Positions 52,796 through 62,820 of a DNA stretch of 64,000 bases are shown in pieces. The number at the start of each line of letters is the position of its first letter. Within the stretch, counting starts at the first letter, position 1. Source of the stretch: Alphaproteobacteria bacterium (lineage in GTDB: Bacteria > Pseudomonadota > Alphaproteobacteria > UBA6615); contig CBDHDN010000041.1 in the NCBI GenBank assembly GCA_965261585.1, positions 1,669 through 65,668 on the forward strand. The letters are read 5' to 3'. A model generated the notes under the pieces. The model worked only from the letters and a program-made list of their open reading frames with translations. It searched no databases and was not told the DNA's origin. The position numbers were made by a program, and so were the translations under genes.

Positions 52796-53964
52796 GCGGC
52801 CTCGGCCAGCGCTTCACCGGCGGCGATCGCGGCATAGACGCCCTCCAGCTGCTCGGCGACACCGGCCCAGTCGTAGCGCGCACGCACCAGCTGCTGGCCG
52901 GCGGCGCCCTTGGCCTTGCCCAACGCCGGCTCCGCCAGCAGCCGCTCGATCGCCTCGGCAAACGGCTCGACCGCCGGGCGCGCGACGGCGCCGGCGCCGG
53001 CGGCCGCGACCTCGGGCCAGATGTTGACCCGGTCGGATATCACCACCGGCAGGCCGCAAACCATGGCCTCGACGACGGCGATGCCGAAGTTCTCGCTGAA
53101 CGACGGCAGCACGAACAGCGCCACGTCGGCCAGTGCGGCCAGCTTTTCGTCGCCGGTCAGCATGCCGGCGAACGACGCGCGGTCGGCAACGCCGTAGTCG
53201 TGCAGCCAGGCTTCGATTTGGCCGCGCATGCCGTCGTCGGGGCCGGCGAGCACCAGCCAGACGTCGTCGCGCCGCGCTGCCGCCGCGGCGAACGCGCCGA
53301 CGACGATCTCCAGGCCCTTCTTGAAATTCAGCCGGCCGAAAAAGAGGACGATTTGGCGCGCGCCGATCTCCGGATGCGCCGCCCGGAAGCGGCCGTGCGG
53401 CAGCGGCGCATAGTCCGCGGGTGCGATGCCGACGGGCACAACGACACCGGGCCGGCCATGGCTCGCCGGCTGCGCCAACTGCTGTTCGCCCGCCGTCGTG
53501 AAATGCAGCGCGGCGGCGTCGCGCGTGACCCGGTCCTGGTACCACAGCGAGACCGCGCGCTTGCGCAGCCGGTGCCGGCGGCGGATGTAGGGGTCGAGCG
53601 TGCCATGGGGGCGCAACAGATATGGCACCCGGTGGCGCGCGCACAGCCGGTGCACGGCCCAGTCGTGATACAGGTAGAGCGAATGCAGATGGACCACATC
53701 GACGCCAGGCACGGCCCTGGCGAGCGCCCGGCCGAGGCCCGGCGAGCGAGCCCAGCGGCGCGGCCAATCGGCCTGGTGATAGTGGATCGCGAGACCGTCC
53801 GGCCCGCTGACGTGCCCGTCACCAACGACGGGCACGTCGATATCGGTCGTGTGGATTGCCACATCGTGGCCACGCCGGGCCACCGCGCGCGCCATGCCGA
53901 GGCACGCTTGCGTCGGCCCGCCATGTTCAGGGGCGAGCGAGGCGATGACGTGCAGGATCTTCAT
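52792..53964 (-). CDS. family 4 (GT1-type) glycosyltransferase
   Basis: 'MKILHVIASLAPEHGGP' and 'PSFSENFGIAVVEAMVCGLPVV' (E-x7-E). Confidence 0.85.
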   Translation of the reverse strand: MKILHVIASLAPEHGGPTQACLGMARAVARRGHDVAIHTTDIDVPVVGDGHVSGPDGLAIHYHQADWPRRWARSPGLGRALARAVPGVDVVHLHSLYLYHDWAVHRLCARHRVPYLLRPHGTLDPYIRRRHRLRKRAVSLWYQDRVTRDAAALHFTTAGEQQLAQPASHGRPGVVVPVGIAPADYAPLPHGRFRAAHPEIGARQIVLFFGRLNFKKGLEIVVGAFAAAAARRDDVWLVLAGPDDGMRGQIEAWLHDYGVADRASFAGMLTGDEKLAALADVALFVLPSFSENFGIAVVEAMVCGLPVVISDRVNIWPEVAAAGAGAVARPAVEPFAEAIERLLAEPALGKAKGAAGQQLVRARYDWAGVAEQLEGVYAAIAAGEALAEAA

Positions 53965-54824
53965 GCACGGCGGAGCCAACGACGCCGCTCGTCGGCGGCG
54001 CGCGCCTGGAATTCCTCGGCCCGCGCGGCGACGGCCGGTGGCAGACAAAGGAACCGGGTCGCCCCGTCGAGGCCGGCCTTGGGATCGTCGGCGTTCACCA
54101 GCTCATAGCCGACGTCGCTGAGGCGCCGCATCGGCGCTGCGTCAACGCCGGCGACGCATTCGATGGCGACAATCGGGGCGACCTGGTTGACCAGTCGTTC
54201 GGCGCCGGCCAGCACGCGCTCCTCTGCGCCGGCGACGGTGATCTTCACCAAATCCGGCGCGCCGCGCGCTTCCAGCTCGTGGTCCAGGGTCGTCGTCGGC
54301 ACCAGGATACGCCGGCCCGCCGCGCCGAGGCCGCTCTCGATACGATGGCCACCCATGCGCACCAGCCGGTTGTCGATGAACTCGGCCTGACCGACCTCCG
54401 CACTGGCGGCGCGCTCGACCAGCTCGACGCGGTTGAGCCCGGCGTTCGCGATCGTGCAGCGCAACAGCATTGTCGTGCCGGGATCCGGCTCGAACAGCAC
54501 GGCCTTCAGCCGCGTGTCGACCGTCGCCAGCAGCCACGTGTGGAAGCCGATGCTGGCGCCAACGTCCCAGAACGCGCGGGGCCGGAACAGTTTCTGCACG
54601 GCCAGGAACGCCGCCGCGAGTCCCGGGTCGAGGACGCGGCTGTCGATGATGTAGGGCAGATGCTGGACGCGGCGCAGCTGGACCGGAAAGTCGACCCCGT
54701 GGAGCCGCGCCGCGACGGGCCGGTCCATCCACGGCATGACCCAGCGGGCAAATGGCGGCCATTTGCGCAGGCGGTGCAGCGGGTGGACCCACCCGGGCGC
54801 GCCGGCCTGTAGTTGCACGGCCAT
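53961..54824 (-). CDS. FkbM-family methyltransferase
   Basis: 'FWDVGASIGFHT', 'LVKITVAGAEERVL', and placement within the GT cluster. Confidence 0.7.
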   Translation of the reverse strand: MAVQLQAGAPGWVHPLHRLRKWPPFARWVMPWMDRPVAARLHGVDFPVQLRRVQHLPYIIDSRVLDPGLAAAFLAVQKLFRPRAFWDVGASIGFHTWLLATVDTRLKAVLFEPDPGTTMLLRCTIANAGLNRVELVERAASAEVGQAEFIDNRLVRMGGHRIESGLGAAGRRILVPTTTLDHELEARGAPDLVKITVAGAEERVLAGAERLVNQVAPIVAIECVAGVDAAPMRRLSDVGYELVNADDPKAGLDGATRFLCLPPAVAARAEEFQARAADERRRWLRRA

Positions 54825-54849
54825 TCTCGTTACCTCCTCGTGCCGTCGT

Positions 54850-55662
54850 TCACGGCAGGCTCAATTGCGGTGGGCCGAACAGGGTGTCGCTCAGCCGGTG
54901 CCAGGCGCCCACCGGGTCGGCCAGCCAGCGCCGCAGCCAAGCGGCCTGCCGGCGCACCGTGTCGGTGCGACGCCGGTCGCGGGCCATGACAAGGCGGAAG
55001 TAGCGTTCCTGTTCGGCCGCATGGGCGGGTGCCAGCCGTCCGCTGCCGGTGATCGAATCAGCGTGCAATGTGAACAGCGACCAGTACTCGTGCACCAGCC
55101 GGATCTGGGCCCCGCCGAGCGCCATGCGCAGCACCAGTTCCCCATCCCAGCTGACCCGGTTCTCGGTGTTGAAGCCGCCGGCCGCCGCGAACGCCGTCCG
55201 GCGAAAGAACGTCGACTGCTGCATGACCGTGGCCACGCCCAGGGCGTAGCGGCGCGCATCGAACGGTGCCGAGCGGAGGCGCCGCACGACCCGGCCGTCG
55301 CCGTCGATAATGTAGCCATGGCCGATCACGACGTCGGCCGCCGGCATCGCCTCGAAGGCGCGAACGGCGGCGCTGACGGCGCCCGGCAACAGCGCGTCGT
55401 CGGCGTTCAGATAGGCGAAGACGTCGCCCGTGGCGGCGGCAAAGCCCTTGTTCAGTCCGTCGGCCGGGCCACCGTCCGGCTCGGCGATGACCCTGGCCAG
55501 GCGGTCGCGATAGCGATCGATGATCGCCCGGCTGCCGTCGGTCGAGCCCGGATCGACGACGATGTACTCGATGTCGCCGTGGTCTTGGGCCAACACCGAA
55601 TCGAGGGCCCGCGCCAGAAAGGCGGCCTGGTTGAACGACAACGTGATAATCGAGACCTTCAT
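54850..55662 (-). CDS. family 2 glycosyltransferase
   Basis: 'KVSIITLSFNQAAFLARALDSVLAQ', 'YIVVDPGSTDGS' and 'LNADD'. Confidence 0.85.
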   Translation of the reverse strand: MKVSIITLSFNQAAFLARALDSVLAQDHGDIEYIVVDPGSTDGSRAIIDRYRDRLARVIAEPDGGPADGLNKGFAAATGDVFAYLNADDALLPGAVSAAVRAFEAMPAADVVIGHGYIIDGDGRVVRRLRSAPFDARRYALGVATVMQQSTFFRRTAFAAAGGFNTENRVSWDGELVLRMALGGAQIRLVHEYWSLFTLHADSITGSGRLAPAHAAEQERYFRLVMARDRRRTDTVRRQAAWLRRWLADPVGAWHRLSDTLFGPPQLSLP

Positions 55663-55664
55663 CG

Positions 55665-57086
55665 TCAGCGCCTCGCCCGATGGCCCGGCGCCGCCGCCGC
55701 GTGACGCCCCGGTGCCGGGCCTTGCCGGTAGCCGCCGCGGCCGCTCGCCCGGCGGCGGCGCGACGGCATGCGGGCGGTGCGGCCCGAGGCGCGCATGGCG
55801 TCCCAGGCGAACATCATCACGACCAGGAAGAACGGCACGATAATCCGGCGGTCGGCGCCGTAGGGCGAGAACAGCGTGTCCCACAGCACCAGGATGCCGA
55901 CAAAGGCGACCAGTGGCGTCAGCGGCTCGCGCACGACGTAGAGGTTCGACAGCGCGCGCACGACGAGCCACAAGACCCACAGCCAGAAGATCGCGCCGAC
56001 GATGCCCGCTTCGACCCAGGCGCCGAACAGGTGGCTGTGGGTCGGTATCCGGTCGCTTTCCGCGGCCGTATAGCTGATCTCGTAGCCATAGCTCTCGAGG
56101 TCCAGCAGCAGCCCGGAGTAGTAGGGGTTGCGCGCCCATGAGCCGCGGCCGAGCCATGGGCTGTCGAGAATGGCACGGCTGGAGGCATAGATTTCCGTCC
56201 ACCCGCCGAGCAGGATGCCGAACGCACCCAGCGCCTGCTGCTCGTAGCGTTGGCGCGCGTCCTCGCCCAACATGCCCTGGGAAGCGACGAACTGGTAGCC
56301 GCTCAGCACCGCGCTGGCACCGACCAGCCCGAGTCCCAGGAACAGGACGGTCCGCCCCAGCGAGAAGCCCACGGGATTGCGCCTGTGGCGGCCGATGACC
56401 GCCTGCAACAGCACATACATGGCCGCCAACAGGGTGACGGCGCCCAGGCTGCGGCTGCCCAGATAAATGCCGACCAGGCCGATCAGCGCCATCAGCAGGG
56501 CCGGGCCCAACCAGCTGCGGCGCACCCACCTGCTCTGCGCCGCCAGGGTCGCCAGGATCGTCATCGGCACCCCGACACCGAACTTCCACGGCTGGTCCAG
56601 CGCGAACTCCGACGGCACAATGGCGAACGTCAGCAGCCCGCCCAGGGCGACACCGGCGGCGAACATGTTGATCTGACGCCGCCGCCCATAGAGCAGCATG
56701 AACAGGGTCATGAAGTTCGTCACGGTGAGCCCGATCTTGGCCCAGCCGCGGGCATAGTTGGCGAACTCGGAACCACGGGTCACGTCGGTGACGATCTGCG
56801 CCGCCAGCCACAGCAGGCCCAGGGCGATCATCGTCCGCGCGACCGGCGTCGCCAGCATCCGCCCGCGGGTCATCAACAGGAACGGCAGCAGCGCCAGCAA
56901 CAGCAATTCCGGCAGGAACAGCCGCCCGACCAGGGAGAACTCCACCCAGATGAAGAGCGGGATGCCGAGGGCGGCCAGATCGAGCGCAAGCACGGTCGCC
57001 CGCGCCGGCATCCGCCGGGCAGGGGCATAGCGAGCCGCCGGAGCGCTCCATCCCTCGCCGCCGGCGGGTTGTGCGACTACCGTCAA
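55665..57086 (-). CDS. O-antigen ligase/polymerase-like (Wzy_C) membrane protein
   Basis: About 10-12 TM segments and a periplasmic loop with 'THSHLFGAWVEAGIVG'. Start is uncertain (TTG at 57086 or ATG at 57011). Confidence 0.7.
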   Translation of the reverse strand: MTVVAQPAGGEGWSAPAARYAPARRMPARATVLALDLAALGIPLFIWVEFSLVGRLFLPELLLLALLPFLLMTRGRMLATPVARTMIALGLLWLAAQIVTDVTRGSEFANYARGWAKIGLTVTNFMTLFMLLYGRRRQINMFAAGVALGGLLTFAIVPSEFALDQPWKFGVGVPMTILATLAAQSRWVRRSWLGPALLMALIGLVGIYLGSRSLGAVTLLAAMYVLLQAVIGRHRRNPVGFSLGRTVLFLGLGLVGASAVLSGYQFVASQGMLGEDARQRYEQQALGAFGILLGGWTEIYASSRAILDSPWLGRGSWARNPYYSGLLLDLESYGYEISYTAAESDRIPTHSHLFGAWVEAGIVGAIFWLWVLWLVVRALSNLYVVREPLTPLVAFVGILVLWDTLFSPYGADRRIIVPFFLVVMMFAWDAMRASGRTARMPSRRRRASGRGGYRQGPAPGRHAAAAPGHRARR

Positions 57087-57135
57087 GACTGTACCAACCC
57101 GCGAAAATCAGGCGGCGATCATACGCCGGCTCAGG

Positions 57136-57616
57136 TTAACGCCCCGTGGCCTGCCCTTCGGCTGCCCCGGCGGCTGCCCTGGCGGCCACCCCGGGAGCGA
57201 CGAGGGCGCGGTAGAGCCGCATCAGCCCGGCGCCATAGTCGGCCTCGCGATAGTCCCGCTTGATCACGGCGGCATTGCGCCGTCCGCATTCCGCCAATGC
57301 GGTGCGCTGCCCGGCTGCCTGACGCAGCGCCGCCGCCAACGCCGCCGGGTCGCCGGGCGGGATCTCCCGGCCCGCGGCGCCGCGGCCCACGATCGAGCCG
57401 GCGTTCGCCGTCGTGATGACGTAGCAGCCGGCCGCCGGCGCCTCGAACACGACCCGCGCCGAGCCCTCGGCCCGCGTCGGAAAGACCAAGATCTCGGCCG
57501 CCGTCATGCGCTCGGCCAGCGCGTCGCGGCTGACGGTGCCGCGCACATCGACCCGTCGATCGCTCAGAAAGGCGGCCTGGGCGGCACCAGCCGCGGGATC
57601 GATCCCGCCAGTTACG
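57136..57616 (-). pseudogene. C-terminal remnant of a family 4 glycosyltransferase
   Basis: Only 'VTGGIDP...ILVFPTRAEGSARVVFEAPAAGCYVI' (E-x7-E) and the tail are present. There is no N-terminal domain. It begins exactly at the 3' end of intron 2. Confidence 0.65.
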
Positions 57617-59529
57617 GTAGGAATGCGCATTGCTGCGCACCCCCCGCGCAGATCCGGACGTGGTCGTTGAACCATCCGGCTCCTACCTCGGGTGCTTGAC
57701 GGCGAACCGCTGGTCCGGCCATGGGTGGCGGATGGAGGCGCGTGGCCACAGGATTTCGGTCATGCGCTCCAGTCGCTTCCAACTAAATCGGGCTCGCTGG
57801 GACCGGCGGCGTAGCGCCCGCATCCACCGGCGTTGCAGCCTGCGGAGGAACGCACGGATGAACCGGCCTGACCCTGGGACGGCAAAGTAGTTGAGCCAGC
57901 CATTGCAGACTCTCCCCAGCCACCTACCAACTTCCCAGATGTCGTGGTGCCAGCGCTTGCGAAGCACCTCGTCGATGCGCGCCAGGGTCCTGTTGACCCG
58001 TTTGGCAACCGGTTTGCGACCAAGCCGAAAGCGTCCTCTCAGGGTCGTCGTGCAATAGTGCGTGAGGCCCAGAAAGTCGAAAGTCTCCGGCTTGCCCACC
58101 CCGCGCTGGCGCCGGTTCAAATCCGCGAACCGGCCAAACTCCACGAGGCGGGTCTTGTCCTGGTGGAGGCTGAGACCGAACCGGGCCAGCCTCTCCCGAA
58201 CGTCGCGGAGGTACCGCTCCGCATCCCGCTTGTGTTGGAACCCGACAACGATATCGTCAGCGTAACGGACGATGATCGCTTCGCCATCCGGGACGTTCGG
58301 GCGCCATTTCTTGTGGAACCACACGTCGAGCACGTAATGCAGGAACACGTTCGCCAAGACGGGGGAGACTATTGCCCCCTGCGGCGTGCCCATACCCGTA
58401 TCTGCCCATGACCCACTCTCTATGACGCCGGCGTTCAGCCATTTCCGGATCAGACGGATGACCCGCCTGTCTCCGATGCGGTGCTCTAGGAACGTGATCA
58501 ACCAATCCCGCGGGATCGTGTCGAAGTACGCCCGGAGGTCTGCATCGACTATCCAGCTGACCTTGCGCCGTTCTATCCCGAAGGCCAGGGCATCGAGCGC
58601 ATCGTGCGCCCCCCGCCCCGGTCGGAACCCGTAGCTGAAGCCAAGAAACACCACCTCGTAGATCGGTGTCAGGATCACATCCACAACCGCCTTCTGGACG
58701 ACCTTGTCCTCCAGCGCCGCGATCCCGAGCGGTCGTGTCCCCCCGTCCGGCTTGGGTACCTCTACCCGCCGAACCGGTGGCGCCCGGTACGCTCCCCCTC
58801 TGTGCAGGCGCCGGTGCAGGTCGAGCAGGCGCTCATCCAGACCCTCGCCGTACATGTCCCACGTAACGCCGTCGACACCGGCTGCTGCGTCCTTCTTCAA
58901 TGCGAAGTAGGCCGCACCGAGCGCGTCCGGCGTAATGTGGTGGAAGAGCGCAGTGAGACGTTCCTTCGGGTTTCTCTCTGCAGCTTTCCGTATCCGGGCC
59001 GCCGCCTGTGGCACGCTTACCCGACACTGGGTTCGGCGCGTGCTTTGGCAATCCGGATTCCCCTTGGTTGAGGCCCTTTCCTCCGGCGACTCCGCAGAAG
59101 CTCGCGCTCCCTTGTTCGCCGCCCTCACAGGTCGTACGGCCTCATCCGACTTCTTCAAACCGTTCATCATAGGCTTCGGTTTTCTCCATTCCCTACGCGG
59201 CCCCTTTACGACAACCGGGGCAGTTTGAAGACCTCCCAGGGTCCCAACAGAAGGCGTGCGAACGTGCATGGGTTCTCTGACACCGCGAGGCTCGCCGACA
59301 TCTCACCAAAACGACGCCTGCAATATTGCCTTCGACCGATCTGAAAGCCTCGGCACCCCGGACCATCGCTTTTACGGTGCTCAATAGCCCTGCCCATCCA
59401 TGCCGCTACCGACGCTTCGCCTGCCCCCTCACGGGAGCCAACGCACGGCTCGCGGAGAAACGTGGTTCGGTTACTCCTTCGTTCCGGGGGACTTGCACCC
59501 CCTACCTTCTGCCAGTTCGCCTGGCGCAC
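57617..59529 (-). mobile_element. group II intron 2 (different lineage from intron 1)
   Basis: 5' GTGCGCC at 59529, followed about 30 nt in by 'GGGGTGCAAGTCCCC' (intron 1 has 'GGGTGAAAATCCCG' at the same offset). Domain V 'GAGCCGGATGGTTCAACGACCACGTCCGGATC' at 57651-57682. 3' end ...CCTAC at 57617. The 5' boundary is less certain than the 3'. Confidence 0.7.
57683..59170 (-). CDS. group II intron reverse transcriptase/maturase
   Basis: 'RPLGIAALEDKVVQ', 'YADDIVVGF' and 'CNGWLNYF'. Probable start MMNG at 59170 (the ORF extends to 59269). No obvious HNH domain. Confidence 0.9.
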   Translation of the reverse strand: MMNGLKKSDEAVRPVRAANKGARASAESPEERASTKGNPDCQSTRRTQCRVSVPQAAARIRKAAERNPKERLTALFHHITPDALGAAYFALKKDAAAGVDGVTWDMYGEGLDERLLDLHRRLHRGGAYRAPPVRRVEVPKPDGGTRPLGIAALEDKVVQKAVVDVILTPIYEVVFLGFSYGFRPGRGAHDALDALAFGIERRKVSWIVDADLRAYFDTIPRDWLITFLEHRIGDRRVIRLIRKWLNAGVIESGSWADTGMGTPQGAIVSPVLANVFLHYVLDVWFHKKWRPNVPDGEAIIVRYADDIVVGFQHKRDAERYLRDVRERLARFGLSLHQDKTRLVEFGRFADLNRRQRGVGKPETFDFLGLTHYCTTTLRGRFRLGRKPVAKRVNRTLARIDEVLRKRWHHDIWEVGRWLGRVCNGWLNYFAVPGSGRFIRAFLRRLQRRWMRALRRRSQRARFSWKRLERMTEILWPRASIRHPWPDQRFAVKHPR

Positions 59530-60505
59530 CAGCTCCCAGCGCGCCAACTCGTGTGCGCCCCAGCCTTCACGCTTGGCGAAGTCGCCGCGGAAGACGTTGG
59601 CGAGCTGCATCATGGACTCAGTGCCGCGCTCCGGCCCGAGGCTGTTCTTCACGATGGGGAACTGCTTGAAGACGATGTCGGTAGCGGCCACCGGATCGAC
59701 GTGGCCGAACTCCAGCCCCATCGCCCAGCCGCGCAGATAATCTTCAAGCAGCTTGTGGCGCTCGGGATCCTCGACGTCAGCGCGGCGTACGACGGACGAG
59801 TTGGCCGGGAAGTTGGAGTGGTCGACGCAGAGCCAGTACTCGAATTCCAGCCCCTTACCCTGCCAGTCGGCGCGCAGGCCCTCCCAGGCCAGCGCCGCAT
59901 CGCCCTGACCGCCGGCGAGCGCCGTGCCCCAAGCCGGCCAGCCGGCCTCGAGATACTTGATGCTCTTGGGGTCGACGCCGGCGGCGGCGAACATCGGGTC
60001 GGTGATGGCCTGCCAGGCGGCGCTGCCGAGCAGCACGGTCTTGCCTGCCATCTCCTTCAGGTCGGTCACGCCCTCGCCCGGGCGGAACGCGAAGTCGAAC
60101 ACGTCGACGGCGCCCATGTTCCACACCGACACCAGGTCGAGGCCGTTCTCGATGGCGAAGGAGAAGACGCCGGGCGACGGGAAGCCCATGTCGGCCCGGC
60201 CCAGATCGACGAACTTCACGGTCGCCGTACCGTCGGACGGCCCAGGCTGGAGCTCGGTCTCGATGTCGCCGAAATAGCCGAACTCGCGCGCGATCCAATA
60301 TGGGTAGTCCTCCAGCACCTCGACCGTGCCGCGCGGCGAAATCCACACGAACGGACCGCGCTGCGCCAGCGCCCGCCGCGCCGTGACGCCTAGGGCGACG
60401 GCCGAGACCCTGCCTGCCGCCGTGACCTGCAGGAAATAGTGAGTCGGACCCGATTTCCTTGGACACAGAATTGGCTTAATCGAAGTGTCCAAGGAGGACC
60501 GGAAC

Positions 60506-60916
60506 ATGACCGATAATTTTGAGAAGAAAGTTGCTGTTGATGGGCCTGTGGTAAATGCGGGCGAGCTTGGCTCGTCCACGTTTTCCCCAGGCCAGGCTTT
60601 GCCGGCAGGCCCGCTGGGACTTGGCCAGCGATGGACGGTGGCGCGCAAGCGTGAGGTCGTTCTGCGGCTTTTGCGTGACGAGCCGGTGCAACTTCTGTCG
60701 CGCCAGTTGGGCGTAGAGATCTTCCGGCTCGAGCAGTGGCGTGAGAAAGCGATCGGCGGGATCGACGCCTCGCTCAAGCAACGCAAGGGCGATCCGGTGC
60801 AGGCGGAACTGGATAGCGCCATGAAGCGGATCGGAGAGTTGACCATGCAGGTGGAACTGCTGGAGGCCAAGACGGAGACCTTCGGCCCTTTGGGGCGGCG
60901 GAGGTCGCGGCGATGA
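60506..60916 (+). CDS. IS3-type transposase OrfA (HTH / leucine-zipper-like)
   Basis: ATG at 60506 after AAGGAGG. Coiled-coil tail 'MKRIGELTMQVELLEAK'. ATGA overlap with orfB. Confidence 0.75.
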   Translation: MTDNFEKKVAVDGPVVNAGELGSSTFSPGQALPAGPLGLGQRWTVARKREVVLRLLRDEPVQLLSRQLGVEIFRLEQWREKAIGGIDASLKQRKGDPVQAELDSAMKRIGELTMQVELLEAKTETFGPLGRRRSRR

Positions 60917-61808
60917 GTGCCGCCACCTCGCCCGGCACGGGTCTGGCCTACGGCCTGCGGCGGGTCTGCGCCGCCTGGGGCATGGCCCGCTCCTCGTTCT
61001 ACGCCATGACCTCCGGCCAGCACGCCGAGCAGCCGCCGGCAAAGCGTCGGGGACCGAAGCCCGCGATCTCGGACCAGGCGCTGCTGGTGGCGATCGAAGC
61101 CGACCTGGAGGCATCGCCCTGGGCTACCGCAAGGTCTGGGCTCGGCTTCGGGTCTGTCGCGACATCCGGGTTGCCCGCAAGCGGGTGCTCCGCCTGATGC
61201 GCGAGAACAATCTGCTCTCGCCCCATCGCTGCCGCCGCCGTAGCGGCAATCCCCATGACGGTGAGATCATCACTCATGCCCCGAACCTCACGTGGGGCAC
61301 CGATGGCGTTCGGGTGTTCACGGTGGACGACGGCTGGGGCTGGATCTTCACCGCCGTCGAGCATTGGAACGCCGAGTGTGTCGGCTGGCATGTCTGCAAG
61401 CGCGGCGACCGCTTCGCCGCCCTGCAGCCGATCTCCATGGGGCTTGCCGGGCTGTATGGCTCGACCGCGGCCGGCGCGGCTCGGGGGCTGGCCTTGCGGA
61501 TGGATCACGGCTCCCAGTATCTGTCGGACCACTTCACCAACCAGATCAAGTTCTGGGGCATCCAGCCGTCCTACGCCTTCGTCGCCGAGCCCCAGACCAA
61601 CGGCGTCGCCGAGCGGTTCAATCGCACGCTGAAGGAACAGATCATCCATGGTCGCATCTACCGCAACATCGCGGAGCTGCGGGACGCCGTCCGCGACTTC
61701 GTCGAACTCTACAATGCCCAGTGGATCGTCGAAAAGAACGGCTACCTGAGCCCCGCTCAAGCTCGTCAGGCGTGGCACGCCGCGATCTCAATCAGGCCCG
61801 CCGCGTGA
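60913..61808 (+). pseudogene. IS3-type transposase OrfB (rve), frameshifted
   Basis: ORFs 60913..61197 and 61185..61808. The sense switches near 61117-61125 ('...LEASPW | GYRKVWARLRVCRDIRVARKRVLRLMRENNLL'). 'DHGSQY' and 'NGVAERFNRTLK' are present. Confidence 0.75.
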
Positions 61809-61923
61809 GACAAACTTGTGTCCAAGGAACCGGGTGCGCTACACCTGCAGGAAATAGCGCCGGCTGAGTTGTTGCTTGATCATCGTTACCTCCCGTGTTC
61901 GGATTCTCGGATTGCGTTGAGCT

Positions 61924-62781
61924 TCAGGTCTCCCAACTCGCCCACTTCTTCCCGATCAGGAAGAAGATGACGTAGATCAGAATGCCCATGACCGCGAGAA
62001 CGATGACGACCGCGAAGAACTGCGGCATCTGAATCATCGATGAGAACGTCGTCAGGCGGTTGCCGAGGCCGAAGCCACCGCCAACCATTTCGGCGCCGAC
62101 GGCTGTCAGCAGGCCGAAGATGGCGCCGATCATCAGCCCGGTGATGATCATCGGCAGGGCCATCGGGAAACGGATCTTCATGAAGGTCTGAAACGTGGTG
62201 GCGCCGAACGAGCGGGCCAGTGCGATCTTCGCCAGATCGACGCGGCGGAAGCCGGTTGCCGAGTTGATCATCACCATTGGTCCGGAGGCGAGCGCCACCG
62301 CGATAATGCGCGGCTCATAGCCGAAGCCGAAGTTCAGGATCAGCAGCGGTACGAGCGCCAGCATCGGCGTCGTCACCAGCAGCAGGATGTAGGGCGCGAT
62401 GATCTTTTCGGCGAATGGGAACTGGGTGATGATGGCCGCCAGGACGAGGCCGACCGAGGCGCCGACGCTATAGCCCGCCGTCAGTTCGATCAGCGTGTCG
62501 ACCAGATGGGGCCCGATGAAGCCGAAGTCGGTGACCAGCGCGACGGCGATCTGGCTGGGTGTCGGCAGCACGTAGTGCGGCACCTCGAAAATCCGCAGCA
62601 GCAGTTCGATGCCGCCGACGATGATGACGGCAACGGCCACGATCGTGCCGATCTCCGACGCGGTGCGCGCTCCGCTGCCGCCGCGAAATGCCGACAGGTT
62701 CGTGATGCCGACGCTTTGGTCGCCGCTGCCGCCGGGCTTGTTGAAGGTCGGAATCTGGTCCTTCAGTTGCGTATCCACCAT
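61924..62781 (-). CDS. ABC transporter permease (NitT/TauT family)
   Basis: 285 aa with 6 TM segments and an EAA-like loop 'ALARSFGATTFQTFMKIRFPMALP'. Confidence 0.88.
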   Translation of the reverse strand: MVDTQLKDQIPTFNKPGGSGDQSVGITNLSAFRGGSGARTASEIGTIVAVAVIIVGGIELLLRIFEVPHYVLPTPSQIAVALVTDFGFIGPHLVDTLIELTAGYSVGASVGLVLAAIITQFPFAEKIIAPYILLLVTTPMLALVPLLILNFGFGYEPRIIAVALASGPMVMINSATGFRRVDLAKIALARSFGATTFQTFMKIRFPMALPMIITGLMIGAIFGLLTAVGAEMVGGGFGLGNRLTTFSSMIQMPQFFAVVIVLAVMGILIYVIFFLIGKKWASWET

Positions 62782-62820
62782 GCGCTTATGTGACTCCCGC
62801 CTGTTCGATTCCCTTGGGCC

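Larger units (their letters stand above)
60440..61843 (+). mobile_element. IS3-type insertion sequence (two-ORF, rve transposase)
   Basis: TG...CA termini. IRs TGAGTCGGACCCGATTTCCTTGGACAC and the reverse complement of GTGTCCAAGGAACCGGGTGCGCTACA. Flanked by a 14-bp direct repeat, CCTGCAGGAAATAG. Confidence 0.8.
59530..61883 (-). pseudogene. NMT1/THI5-like (NitT/TauT-type) ABC substrate-binding protein, interrupted by an IS3-type element and truncated by intron 2
   Basis: Tat-like N-terminus 'MIKQQLSRRYFLQV' (61844..61883) continues at 60439 as 'TAAGRVSAVALGVTARRALAQ...'. The reading runs straight into the intron at 59529 with no stop codon. Confidence 0.7.

Noticed and set aside
57683-59269. 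Reverse transcriptases as candidate defence systems (retron, DRT or Abi-type), also considered for 17703..19136
   Set aside because: Both RT ORFs are followed immediately by a domain V-like hairpin with an AGC triad and preceded by GUGYG 5' ends. They also carry maturase X motifs. They are ordinary group II intron proteins.
59442-59446. Alternative 5' end of intron 2 at a second GTGCG; using it, the upstream ORF and the GT remnant would join in frame (...FLREP|VTGGIDP...)
   Set aside because: This would leave only about 276 nt for domains I-III. It would also exclude the GGGGTGCAAGTCCCC element, which aligns with the equivalent element of intron 1. The in-frame join is most likely coincidental in GC-rich sequence.
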